Shown: piece by piece, positions 1 through 14,928 of the stretch
Layout: the number at the start of each line of letters is the position of its first letter
Position numbering within the stretch: position 1 is the stretch's first letter
Origin: the human T2T-CHM13v2.0 reference genome, Homo sapiens
Assembly (NCBI RefSeq): GCF_009914755.1
Contig: NC_060942.1
Strand: one strand, 5' to 3'
Length of the DNA: 64,000 nt
Translations under genes and position numbers: made by a program
Notes under the pieces: generated by a model
The model's input: only the letters and a program-made list of their open reading frames with translations
Databases searched by the model: none
Told to the model about the DNA's origin: nothing

Positions 1-200
1 GCAACACATTGAGAACCTGTCTCCCCTAAAACAGTGAATAAATTAGCTAGGTGTGGTGGCATGCACCTAGCTACTTGGGAGGCTGAGGCAGGAGAATCAC
101 TTGAGCTCAGGGGATTGAGGCTGCAGTGAGTTGTGATTGCACCACTGTACTCCAACCTGGGTGACAGAATGAGACCCTGTTTCAAAAAAGAAAAAAAAAG
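1..200 (+). mobile_element. Alu (AluJ-like), truncated by the window edge
   Basis: Alu right-arm motifs (GCTACTTGGGAGGCTGAGGCAGGAG, GAGGCTGCAGTGAG, CCTGGGTGACAGA) and an A-rich tail. Confidence 0.92.
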
Positions 201-470
201 AATACACACTGATTTGACTGATATAAGCTCAAGAATATGCAAATCCAACTGAGGGAGAGTAATCACCTGTGGTGGGAGGGGCTTTGGGAGCAGTCACTGG
301 AAGGAGCAAGAAGGGAGAAGGCTTCTAGGGTCCTACTAATGTAATGTTTCTTGATCTGAATGCTGGTTTTCCAGATGTGTTCACTTCATAAAAAAAATAA
401 ATAAAATCCACTACACTGTATTCTTACATTATACATACATTTGTGTATGTCATAGTTTAATAAAAAGCTT
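201..470 (+). mobile_element. Ancient L1 (L1ME/L1MC-like) 3'UTR fragment
   Basis: Diverged L1M 3'UTR motifs (GGGCTTCTAGGGTCCTACTAATGTAATGTTTCTTGATCTG, TGTGTTCACTT) ending in AATAAAAA. Confidence 0.55.
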
Positions 471-489
471 ACTTAAGTTTGAGTCCACA

Positions 490-2314
<1,825 letters not shown>

Positions 2315-2324
2315 TAAATGTTGA

Positions 2325-2448
2325 TTTTTTTAAGAGACAGGGTCTCAATATGTTGCCCATGCTGGTCTCAAACTCCTGGCCTCAAGCAATCCTCCTGCCT
2401 CAGCCCCACAAAGTGCTGGGATGACAGGCATGAGCCACCACTCAAGTC
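2325..2448 (-). mobile_element. Free left Alu monomer (FLAM-like)
   Basis: Single left-arm monomer with CTCAAGCAATCCTCCTGCCTCAGCC and a T tail. Confidence 0.85.
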
Positions 2449-3970
2449 AAAAGTTGATTTCTTTATAAAAAGTTTATTGTGCTTATATTATTTTCTGGGT
2501 ATTATACTAATAGCTGCTACTATAAGTGAATTTCCCCCTGCCAAGAAGGAAAGACAGGTGGGTTTAAATTTTTTTGCTTCTCTCCCTTCTCACTGCTAGT
2601 AATTACTCAAAATGTGGTCACTCTCAGCATTCTCTGCCAAATCTTTTAAAATCTGGAGCACCTAGCCACTTAAAAGACACAACCAAAGATCCCAACACAT
2701 CATGATCATTTCACCTCAAAGTAATTACCTCCTCTTCTACAAACCCAATCTCCTCATCTTTATGAGCTGAATCTTTTGGCTGAGTTTAGATCTATAAATT
2801 AATGCATTCACTTAGAACAGTCCATTCCACAGAAGGCTCTCAATAAATTATAAATATTTACCTTTAGTCATTCAAAATTTATTGAGAGCCTATTATGATA
2901 AAAGGAGATGGTAAATATTCTCATGGTAGCTAAGAAAACTTCCATATCACATGCTCTATCTTCTGATCTAGAGGAAAAATAAAAAGTGGTTGATGAGATT
3001 ACTATGAACTTTATTGTGACTATTTGTCACTGCCAGGTACTTAACATCTAGATCATTCCCCACATTATGAGTCCTGCCTTCTCCAAGGCAGAGGCCAGAA
3101 AATCTTGCAACCACACTACCCTGAAGGTAGGATACAGACAGTGACCTTGTTTCTGCCAGGAAAATGCAAAGGGATGCTATATCATGACCATACAATTTAT
3201 CTATTTCTTAGCTGTCTTTCCTATGTGCTGAGAACCTTAAAGAAAAAAAAAGGAAATCTAGTTGGTAGCCTCAAAAGTGGAAGAAACTGAAAAGAGACAT
3301 TTTTCAGGAACTTTAAATGGTCAAAAATATTTTCCTTCTATTTTTATCCTAAATTGTTCTTCAAACCATTTGAAAGAATAAATATCATACAGTTTATATA
3401 AATTCTTATTTTAAAAGACAAATACCTCCCGTAACCTTTTAAAATAAACTAAATGAACAAAATTATAGTTTTTCAATAAATTAAACTAAACATATGTAAA
3501 TTATAACTTACCACAAGTAAATGCAACCTAGTGCAGTGTTTCTTTAAAAAGGCACATTCTGTTTCATAAGCTTTCCACATATTTTGTCTCTATTAAATAC
3601 ACACTTGAAAAACTATGGTGGAAAATATAATGGCTTTCTGCCATTGACACACTCACAGTATGATACAAATCAACGCAACTCACAGTTCATACAGTTCATG
3701 AGGTAGCTCTAAAACCAAAACTTTCAAGAGACCATGATGAAAGCAAAAAAAAAAAAAAATGCTTATTTGCTGCTCATCACTTATATAATATTCTACTCAT
3801 CAATTTCAATAAGCATCCTTACTACAGAATTTTGAATTTATGCATGATAAGGCAAGAATTCTGTGGACACTGGTTAAGCAGATGTAATTAAATAAAAATA
3901 TCAGTGATATGTTTTTAAAATGAATTCTGTCAGGAACACACTCAGCAAGTTTCTTAAAAGATTTTTACTA

Positions 3971-5813
3971 TCTTTGTTTGGAGATATGATCTTATATTTG
4001 GAAAAACCTAAAGACTCCACAAAAAAATCTATTAGAAATGATAAATTGAGTAAAGTTGCAGGATACTAAATCAACCTACAAAAATCAGTAGCATTTCTAT
4101 ATGCCAACAGTGAACAATCTGAAAGAGAATTTTTTTAAAATCCCTTTTACAATAGGTAGAAATAAAATTAAATACCTAGGAATTAACCAAAGAAGTGAAA
4201 GATCTCTATAATGAAAATTATAAAACACTGATGAAAGAAATTGAAGAGGATACCAAAAAATGGAAAGATATTCCATTTTTTTACTGGAAAAATCAATATT
4301 GTTAAAATGTCCATACTACCCAAAGCAATCTACAGATGCAATGCAATCTCTTTCAAAAATACCACTGACATTATTCACAGAAATAGAAAAAAGAATCCTA
4401 AAATTTATATGGAAGCACAAAAGACCCAGAATAGACAAAGACAACCTAAACAAAAAGAACAAACCTGAAGGAATCATGTTACCTGACTGCAAATTATACT
4501 ACAGAGCTACAGTAACCAAAATAGCAAGGGACTGGCTCTGAAAAAGACACATAGACCAATGGAGTAGAATACAGAACCCAGAAACAAATCCACATACCTA
4601 CAGTGAACTTGTTTTCAACAAAGGTCCCAAGAACACACACTGGGGAAAAGACAGTCTCTTCAATAAATGGTGCTGGGAAAAGTGGATATCCATATGCAGA
4701 AGAATGAAACTAGACCCCTATCTGTCACCACATACAAAAATCACATGAAAACAAATTAAAGATTTAAATCTAAGGCCTAAAACTATGAAACTACTATGAG
4801 AAAACATCAGCGAAACTCTCTACATTGGTCTGGGCAAAAATGTCTTGACTAATATCCCACAAGCACAGGCAACCAAAGCAAAATGGACAAATGGGATCAC
4901 ATCAAGTTAAAAAGCTTCTACAGAGCAAAGGAAACAAACAACAAAGTGAAGAGACAACCCACAGAATGGGAGAGAATATTTGCAAACTTCCCAGCTGACA
5001 AGGAACTAATAACCAGAATAAATAAGGAGCTCAAGCAACTCAATAAGAAAAAATCTAATAATCCAATTTAAAAATGCATAAAAGATTTAAATAGACATTT
5101 CTCAAAAGAAGACATACAAATGGCAAATGGGCATATGAAAAGGAAGTCAACACCACTGATCATCAGAGAAATGTAAATCAAAACTAGAATGAGATATCAT
5201 CTCATCTAAGTTAAAATGGCTTTTATCCAAAAGATGAGCAATAACAAACACTGGTGAGGATGTGGAGAAAAGGGAACCCTCGTATACTGTTGGCAGGAAT
5301 GTAAATTAGTACAACCACTATGGAGAACAGTTTGGAGGTCCCACAAAAAAAATTAAAAATAGAGTTACCATATAATCCAGCAGTCCTTCTGCTGGGTATA
5401 TACCCAAAAGAAAGGAAATGAGCATATCAAAGAGATTTTTGCACTCCCATGTTTGTTGTAGCACTGTTCACAATAGCCAAAATTTGGAAGCAACCTAAGT
5501 GTCCATCAGGAGATGAACAGATAAAGTAAATGTGGTACTTATACACAGTGGAGTACTATTCAGCCATAATAAAAATGAGATCCTGTCATTTCCAACAACA
5601 TGGATAGAACTGGAAGTCACTATGCTTTTTTATGTTTTTTAAATAACAATATGGATTGTGTGTAACGCAAAGGATAAATGCTTGAGAGCACAGATACTCC
5701 TTTCCACATGATGTGATTATTATGCATTGCATGCCTGTATCAAAACATCTCATGTCTCCCATAAATATATACATCGACTATGTACCCACAAAAATTAAAA
5801 TAAAAAAATTTTT
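3971..5813 (+). mobile_element. 5'-truncated L1MA2-like LINE-1
   Basis: ORF2 remnants ([23 protein letters not shown]); L1MA2-type 3' end (TGCATGCCTGTATCAAAACATCTCATG...CTATGTACCCACAAAAATTAAAA); degenerate TSD AAGATTT(T/C)TA(C/A)TA at 3958-3970 and 5814-5826. Confidence 0.9.
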
Positions 5814-6893
5814 AAGATTTCTAATAAATTAACTCTTTATTCACCTGTAATGTTTTCAATAATACTATGATAAGGCAAGCATATTTGTTGATTTTTTTTT
5901 TTCTTTGGAAAAGAAAAACCTGAAAGTCAAAGAACTGGATAACAGTAGTAATCTTCATCCATTTTGTCTACAAAGCACTTCAGAACTTGAGCAAAATAGA
6001 TGACTTGTCAAGATGCTTATCAATGTGAACAATCTACCAGCCAGAAACAACTATCTGAATACAAAGGCCTGGAAAATGGAATTGTTCTAAATAATTATCA
6101 TTTGATTACATTTAAATACATATGGCTAGCTTCAATAAGTTCATCTCAATGACTTAAAATCTATCAACTGTATGTAAGTCAACCTCCTGCAATATTAAAA
6201 ACCCATTAACTTACATGATTTACGAGTAAACAGTGTGCTAGGTAAAGATAAACTTTAGCACCCTCATTTTATCCTCATTTGAATTACTTTTCTCATTCAA
6301 ATTTATAAAAAAAAAAAACAAACAAAGCAGTGACCTCTGAAGCTAGTACCATGTGCACGATAAGTGATTCACCAGCGTGTGCATGATTCATCCCCAGCAG
6401 GGTTGGTCACCTCCATTTCTATGACACCACAATCAACGGCCACCATAGTAGCAGGCTTGAGACCTCTAGAGCTCCTCCACAGCTCAATCACAGCCCTCAA
6501 AAAAGAGGCCTGAACTTCAGACAGCAATGATGCCGTCAGCTCTCTTTCTAGTGACTAATACAAGTCCTATGAGTCACCTGGGCTTTCTGTGTCTGTACCT
6601 TTTAAAATCCAAAATAATTCTGTAGTATTCTCTGTGTTTGCACAGAGTCAGCATCCCAGTACCTGGTGCAAGATGACATTTACACTCCAAAGAATGCCTT
6701 GGAGAGAGAGAGAGGACACCGCTCCCACTCATGGAGAACCCACAGGCCAAACCTCGAAGAGGAGATGGCAATCAACATAACAGAGTTACGGCATTCTGCC
6801 AAACTCTATTTGTCCCACAGCTTAAATATCATGTGCTCATCCTGCTCACAGATGGATTTTCTTTTCCTGATTGCCTGGATCAACATAAACATA

Positions 6894-7555
6894 CAGTCAT
6901 GTGTCACTTAACAACAGGATTTGTTCTAAGAAATGCGTTATTAGCATAAACATCATAGTGCAATTACACAAACCTACTGGGTAGAGCCTACTACACTCAG
7001 GCTATATGGAATGGCCTATGGCTCCTAGTCTACAAACCCGTACTGAATACTGCAGGCAATTGTAATGCAATGGTAAGTATTTCTCTAAATATAGAAAAAG
7101 TACAATAAAAAATACGGTATAAAAGATAAAAAATGGAGGTCACTTACCATGAATGGAGCTTGCAGTACTGGGAGTTGCTCTGGGTGGATCAGTGAATGAG
7201 CGGTGAGTGAATGGGAAGGCTGGGACGTTGCCGTACACTGCTGTAGACTTTATGAACACTGTATACTTAAGCTATGCCAAATTTATTAAAAACAGTTTTT
7301 CTTTCTTCAATGATAAGTTGGTCTTAGCTTACTATAAGTTTTTACTTTATGAAGTATAAAGTAGGTTTGTTTACACCAGCATCACCACAAACACATGAGT
7401 AATGCAATGGGCTACAACACTGCCACAGCTGCCCACTGTCACTGGGTGACAGGAATCTTTCAGCTCTGTTATAATCTTACGTGATCATATATGCATATGG
7501 GTGTCATATATGCAGTCCGTCACTGATGAAAACGTCATTGTGCACCACGTGACTT
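6894..7555. mobile_element. Tigger3-family (MER7) non-autonomous DNA transposon
   Basis: Termini TA-CAGTCATGTGTCACTTAACAAC ... GTCATTGTGCACCACGTGACTT-TA with TA target duplication; internal TTGCTCTGGGTGGATCAGTGAATGAG motif. Confidence 0.9.
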
Positions 7556-8739
7556 TATCTGACTTTTGCTGTATCTCATCCAAAGCGTTGATATCTTATC
7601 AAGTTAGCTCCCACCTGAAACCTTGTTTCAGTCTGCTTAAGTCTATCCCCCAAAATTGTAATTAAGAAACTCCATTTATCTTGAAAAGAAATGGTGACAA
7701 CAGGCTGGAGTCTTTGACACTACTATATATTTTCTTGTTGACTTTCTCATCAAATCTTGAGACATTCTGTGAAATTCCTAAGTATTTATTGGGTGGAACT
7801 TCAGAAGAAAAAATTTAGTAATATGTAAAAGCACCAAACAAAAAAGTCCTGAACAGTGAAATAACTAGTACCTTCTTTCCATTCTGCAGCTCGTTTAATT
7901 TTGGTATCTTTTCTATAAAACCAGCCACCCCCATCATCCCCTACCAATGATCTATTCTAATTCTATGTAGTAAATGTTTGAGAGAAAAAGAGATTCCTCT
8001 TGTTCTTAACAGGAATGCACAAGTCCTCCAAATGCTGACTGCCAGGTTTTAAATCACTCTCATCAAGACACTACATACACATAAGCAACTGTGAAAATTC
8101 CCCTCCATGACTGGGGCCTAATTGTCACCATCAAGACTTTTGAAAAAAAACAATATCATTTGAGAAAATTCAAACCATATGCATATACGACAGAGAATGG
8201 CAGGATTTTCTGGTCACTTCATGGATAAGTCAGTTGCCTAAGCCTTGTGGATTATGTAAAAAGCATAAATTGTGATACAGCTATCACAATGAAATTACTC
8301 CTGCATGCATCATTAAAAGCTTTATCTCCAGGCTGACTTCATTTAGTGCTTCAAAGTTCAGAACGTAATCTCATTATCTCATTGTTTTCTTTCAGTTCCT
8401 TGGGAAGACACAAAACCATCACCACTAGAAAATGCCTTTGACCAAGCCTTGGACAGATGAAGACAAAGCGGAGCACACATCACGAAAAGTGTCTGTCTCA
8501 TCCGCAGCCTGGCCTACCCTTCCCCCATCAAGGTGGAGAAAATCAACTTTCCATAAATTATGCAGCCTTAAAGCAAGTGCTTCACTATGCTGGGAGTTAA
8601 CAACCTCATTTGTAAAATCAGTGGATGAGACTATCCTAGAAAATGACCTTTAAGACCTTTTCCGGGTCTAACTTACACTTTACTAAGAGTGCCGATTAAA
8701 TAAACTTGTGATGAAAAAGCTTTTTTGGAAGATGGACGC

Positions 8740-8890
8740 AAATTAATCCAACCTTCTTATTTTACAGAAAGAAAAACTGAAGGCCAAAGAAATGAGACAA
8801 GGTCACGCAGCTAGCTGACCACAGGCTCAGGGATACAGCCCTGGGCTGAGCTCACACACTCCAGGGCTTCCTGCACCTTGGCCCACTACC
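8740..8890 (-). mobile_element. MIR fragment
   Basis: Core motif ATTTTACAGAAAGAAAAACTGAAGGC...AAGGTCACGCAGCTAG. Confidence 0.7.
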
Positions 8891-9628
8891 TAGTCAAAAG
8901 TCCCCTCCAAAAAGGTATCACATGATCAATGTTGCTCCACTTCAAAGCAGTTCCCTCCAAAACCCTGCAGTTTTAGAACAGAGCATTAAAGGAAGTCACC
9001 CAAAAAGAAAGACAGCTGTAGCAAAAGTCTAAGGCTTACGGATAAGAAAGTGACACCTGGTCAAGCTACTCCAGTTCCCCAGCCCACCTTCCTGTGCTCC
9101 TCAAACCAAATCCAAGACCTCCTAGGATCTAACCAGCACAAGTTTCAGAAAGTCTGTGTCATCTAAGTTTACAATGTCTACCCTCAGGAAACTTGGCTCT
9201 TCAAACACACAGGAGACTGCCCCTTTTGCACGTGGAAAGCAGTGAGAGGCCAGTTCCCTGAAGCAAGGTAACCAATGGCAAGAGGAATGAGCAGAAGCAC
9301 TGGCCTGAGGGCTCCACAGGAGAGCCCTGTGCAGATGGGGACCAAGTGGAGAACTTGCCATGTCTATTTCTGCATTGTTCCATATTCCAGTGGATAGCCC
9401 AGGTATGATTTCAGTTTATGAAAATGTCTTGCAAAGAATCACATTTTTGGGTCTTTTCATATCGTATTTACTGATTCAAATCTAGTGTTTTCATTTTGTG
9501 CCAGTTACTTTCATAGCCCAGACCTGCAACACAAGCTTAATCAGTCATTTAAGACATTCTGAAACTATTTAAAGGTATAAAATTGAGTAACTTACTTAAT
9601 TCTCAGGCCAACATTTAATAATACATCA

Positions 9629-10001
<373 letters not shown>

Positions 10002-10551
10002 TCATTTCAGCACAGATAACTCTTAGAAGAGGGTGAAACTATGACATATCTAAAAAAAAAATTCTAAAGCATTCTAAATAAGTTGTTTGTTCTAGGGATT
10101 TCTAGGGAAAATCTTACACCAAATCTATTTTAAACTCTCAAAAATTCCCAGAGAGTTGGACAGACTGAGATTCTAGCACTCTGTTGAAGTACTAGGTGAC
10201 CAAAGCAGATCCTTACGCAAAGGAGACCTGTGAGTGCTTTACAGACTTATGTTTTCAATGAAAGAGACTGTACATTCTCTGCATCTCACCCTTCATATTC
10301 CTCCTAGTGTGGGGGGCAAGCAGAAGGCAGCAGACACAGTGGGTTAAAGGGTTGTATGAATTGGAAAGTCATGGTCTTCCCTTTTTTCCTCCCTTCTTGC
10401 TTTCATAATTACTTAAGTATGAGTTAATAATTCAGAAGCACCACATGACATACTAACAACAAGCTGGCAAGTAAAAGGTAATTCTCTGTTTCATGAATAC
10501 AGTACTTATAGAGAAACAGAACTCTATAAGGAGAATGTTAAAGCCAGTTGA

Positions 10552-10851
<300 letters not shown>

Positions 10852-11164
10852 TAAAGCCAGATGAGACAGGAAATTAAATCAGTCACTCTTCTATCCACTA
10901 TTCTAGAGGTTTTCACTTTTCTAGGATCTTATATATCAAACATCCAAAAACTTTACAAAAGCTAATTAACTCAGAAAGGAGATTTATCACTTTAATGTTA
11001 CACAGAGATAAACTGAGAGATCAAAGGTTGAGCAGGAAGAATGAAGAGAATGACATTAGACCACGAGATGGTGATCAAATCATAATCCCCAATGTGCATG
11101 TGTATGGGGTTAAACTGCTTTCCCATACATTATCTGATTTGATGCTCTCAAGAATGATACTGGG

Positions 11165-11502
11165 GCAGAGTGCAGTGCAGTGCTAGCTCACGCCTGTAAA
11201 CCCAACACTTTGAGAGGACAAGGCAAATGAACTGCTTGAGGCCAGGAGTTCAAGACCAGCCTGAGTAACATACCAAGACCTCATCTCTACAAAAAAGAAA
11301 TTTAAATTTAAATTTAAATTTAAAAAATTAGCTGGGCATGGTAGCATACTTTTGTAGTCTCAGCTACCTGGGAGACTTAGGAGGTAGGATTGCTTGAGCC
11401 AAGGAGTCTAGTCCAAGGCTGCAGTGAGCTGTGATTGTGCCACTGCCCTCCAGCCTAGGCAAGAGAATAAGACTCTACCTGATTAAAAAAAAAAAAAAAA
11501 AA
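11165..11502 (+). mobile_element. AluJ with (AAATTT)n expanded linker
   Basis: Dimer, long A tail, GATACTGGG on both flanks as TSD core. Confidence 0.92.
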
Positions 11503-11589
11503 GATACTGGGTAGGCAAAGTAAGTAATAATGATGATTATAACAACACCAGTAGTCACAGAAACAGCAGCAGCAGCAATAGTAACAGGC

Positions 11590-11760
11590 CTTATTGATGT
11601 TTTAACTGTGGCCTACAATGGGTGAAGCATGTGATACCCAGCAGGACACTGAGAGTCCCACCCCCATTAAGAGAAATGCTCAGGACCACGGTAGCTCAAA
11701 AGAGCAGAGCCAAGACTCAAACACAGATCTTCTCACACTAAATTCAGTCCTCTTTCCAGT
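11590..11760 (-). mobile_element. MIR fragment
   Basis: GCAGAGCCAAGACTCAAACACAGATCT resembles the reverse complement of the MIR B-box region. Confidence 0.5.
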
Positions 11761-12244
11761 ATAAATAGTAATGACAGTCTACCAGGCTCTCTTGCCAACA
11801 TCTCTTTCTTAGGAACTGCTGTGTCTCCCCACCGCCGTCTGCCCCAACCGTGCAAATTTTTGCATGGGAAGTTGCCCTGTACCCACATGATCATAGCCCC
11901 AGCAACAGCCCACAGATCCAGGGGTGGCCTCCAGACTCAAGCTGGACAAATCAGATTCCGTACCAAGGAATCTGTAATAGGAACTAAGGTAGATCAGATT
12001 AATCCTTCTCTGAGAGGCTAGATTGTAACACACAGGCTGGAAATTGTTGGCAGAACCTATTTTCCTCATGTGGAAATGGAGGAAACCAGACTGCAGTGGG
12101 AAAGGAAAATGAAGGCGATCTTTAAAGAGACAGTCCTGGACAGTGTGCCAATGCCAGGTTCTGCTTCTTCAGCTGGCTGCAGTCCTATGCAGGGGTTCCA
12201 CAGATGACCTCCAAAGAATTCCATGTACGTCGTCTCTTTCCTTA

Positions 12245-12570
<326 letters not shown>

Positions 12571-12575
<5 letters not shown>

Positions 12576-12830
12576 AAGAAGAAAAGAAAAGAGGAGAGGA
12601 GAGGGGAGGGGAGGGGGGGAAGAGAAGGAAGGAAAGAAGAAAGGAAGGAAGGAAGGAAGGGAGGGAGGGAAGGAGGGAGGGAGGGGAGGGGAGGGGACTG
12701 AAAGGAAAGGAAAGGGAAAGGAAAGGAAAGGAAAAGAAGAAAAAGAAAGAAGAGAAAGAAAGAGGAAGAGGGAGGAAAGAAAGAAAAGAAAAGAAAGAAG
12801 AAAAGAAGAGAAAAGAAAAGAAAAGGACAT
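12571..12830 (+). repeat. Polypurine (GA-rich) compound microsatellite: GGAA/GGGA/GAAAG units
   Basis: About 260 bp almost entirely of A and G, following the Alu tail. Confidence 0.97.
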
Positions 12831-13019
12831 GAAGAGACCAGCACTAGGAGAGCTCACGTAGACCATCTTTATACTTTTGTCTGCTCAGCAGCCCTCTCTC
12901 CTTCTGCTAACAGAGCCCCTCTCTGCTGGAAAACTGCTCCTTCCCCAGCCACCTGGGTCTAGTGGAGGATGGCTACCTTCATTTATGTAATCTGGTATTC
13001 TACCACATCCCTGTGAAGT

Positions 13020-13150
13020 CTCATTATAAGTATTTTTTAAATGAGGCTCAGAGAAATTAAGTATCTTGCCACAAATCACAACACCAAGAAATGATACTGC
13101 CAGTATCTGCACCCAAGTATCTCTGACTTTAAAATGTGCACTTTTTCCAA
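13020..13150 (-). mobile_element. MIR fragment
   Basis: TGAGGCTCAGAGAAATTAAGTATCTTGCCACAAATCACA core. Confidence 0.7.
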
Positions 13151-13339
13151 TAAAACACTTTCCCTCCCTGGTAACTTACAACATCTTAGTAACAACTCAT
13201 GAACCAATATTTACTCAGCACTTTCTGTACAGGGTATTGGAAAGTAGTGGGAAGAGAAAGCAATAAAAGATACAGGAAAAACAAATGCAAGTTTTTATTA
13301 GAAATGTTAAATCCCAAATCCCAGGCTGTACTGGGTTTT

Positions 13340-13440
13340 TCGGAGAGAAGGCTGGAGAAGGAAGTGTGGGCGCATGCGCACTGCCTTTCAGTCGCCATAC
13401 TCTGATGCCCGCGGAAAGCACTCATCTACCGTGAACCGCA
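13340..13440. promoter_or_regulatory. Promoter-like element: NRF1 palindrome with adjacent ETS site in a CpG cluster
   Basis: GGAAGTG at 13360-13366, GCGCATGCGCA at 13370-13380, CGCCAT at 13393-13398; 8 CpGs in about 100 bp of non-repetitive DNA. Confidence 0.6.
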
Positions 13441-14024
13441 GAGGAAAGGTCTCCATTCTAAAACACTTTTCCCATAGCTCCTGTGAAAAATGGAGGGGCT
13501 GTTTTCTATGAACTCTGACAGAGATAATAGTCTAGGACATATATCGGGGATGAAGTTAAATGCTAGACACAGACATTCTTCTATTCCTAGTGGGAAAAAG
13601 AAGGAGAGAAAAATCGCCAAAAAACGGTCAAGTCTCCGTTTCCTGAGTTCGTAAATTGTGGCAGTAAGTGGATTTCACACTTGGTTTAACTTTGGAAGCA
13701 TTTCTTCTAACAAACCCCTTCATGGAAAACCCAGGTATGAACCGTCCAGGGGCAGCCCCTGATGGCTCACTACACGCCCACACCCGACTCCCAGGCCCCC
13801 CGGGTGCCCTAGTCCCCCTCCAGGAAGCCCCGTGTCTTTTCAACCACTTCCCACCACCTCCAAACTGCAATGTTATGAGAGTTGACAGGGAAAGTCCACT
13901 CAAGTACGTGTATTAAAAAGCAAACTGAAAGCGTGATGTCAGAAGTGACAAAGATAAAGAAAATGGTTTTACTACCTACCATACCCATTAAGCTACTTTT
14001 GGAAACCCAGATGTAACAAAAATA

Positions 14025-14260
14025 CTAACAGCTAACTTGCTGAGGGCTTACTCCTTGCCAAACTTTCAAATACTTCATATGAGTTAACCCCTTAAGCCTC
14101 ACAGTAATTCCAAGAAGAAACGACTCTTTCTATTCCCATATTAGAGAGGAACGAATTGAAGTTTACAGAGATTAAGAAACTTGCCCCAACTTAAGCCACT
14201 CAGTGAAGGAGCCCAGCTTTGAACCCAGGAGCTCCCATGCCCACTTAACCACTATGCTGC
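14025..14260 (-). mobile_element. MIR
   Basis: GAGGAACGAATTGAAGTTTACAGAGATTAAGAAACTTGCCC...TTTGAACCCAGG...CTTAACCACTATGCTG. Confidence 0.8.
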
Positions 14261-14446
14261 TCCGAATCACACTGCAAAAACAGACACCGAGCTTCAAAGT
14301 TATTACATGCTTAATTCACATAACCACTAACAGCAGCAAGCCTTACTCCAAGTTCAGATGACTTCTCATTATTACCATGCTCCCTCGACATCTAACAGCT
14401 GGGAAAAAAAAAAGAGGCTATCACTAAACCTCTACCCATTGTCTTA

Positions 14447-14928
14447 AAACTGATTCTCAAACTGTGGTCCAAGGGCTCCTGGGGGTCTCTATGATATTTT
14501 TAAGGGGTCCTCGACATCCTCTCTTTTTGGTCCTTGTATCTACGCGTGCCTGGATTTTCTTCTTATACTTCAACCAACACAACACATTGCAACAGACTGC
14601 AATGCAGAAACACATATAAGAATTTGGCTGCCTTCTATTAAGCCAGACATTAAAAACTTGCAAAAATGTGAAACAACGCCGCTCTAGTCACTAAATATTT
14701 TTGTTTCAGAGAATATAACTATTTTCATTAAAATATTATTTATGTTAAGTAATGATTATATTGTTATTTTTAAATAAACTAATAAATATTCTTAATTTTT
14801 TCCATTATAATTTATAATGCCATAAATATTGATATATAAGACATGCATAATACTAAAAGCACCTTTGGGTCCTTAGTAGTTTTTAAAAATATAACAGGAT
14901 CCTGAGACCAAAAAGTTAAGAACTCCAG
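14447..14928. mobile_element. Charlie2-like hAT DNA transposon relic
   Basis: TTCTCAAACTGTGGTCC start; CTTCTATTAAGCCAGACATTAAA and ATCCTGAGACCAAAAAGTTAAGAAC end motifs. Confidence 0.8.

Noticed and set aside
6578-6697. Minus-strand exon after the (CT)n tract
   Set aside because: The acceptor comes from a dinucleotide repeat, the available donors (GTACTG, GTACAG, GTGACT) are weak, and the peptide is unrecognisable.
8269-8290. Short AT-rich inverted repeats (also 15088-15108, 19193-19208, 62419-62439)
   Set aside because: Arms of 8-10 bp in AT-rich DNA are expected by chance in 64 kb.
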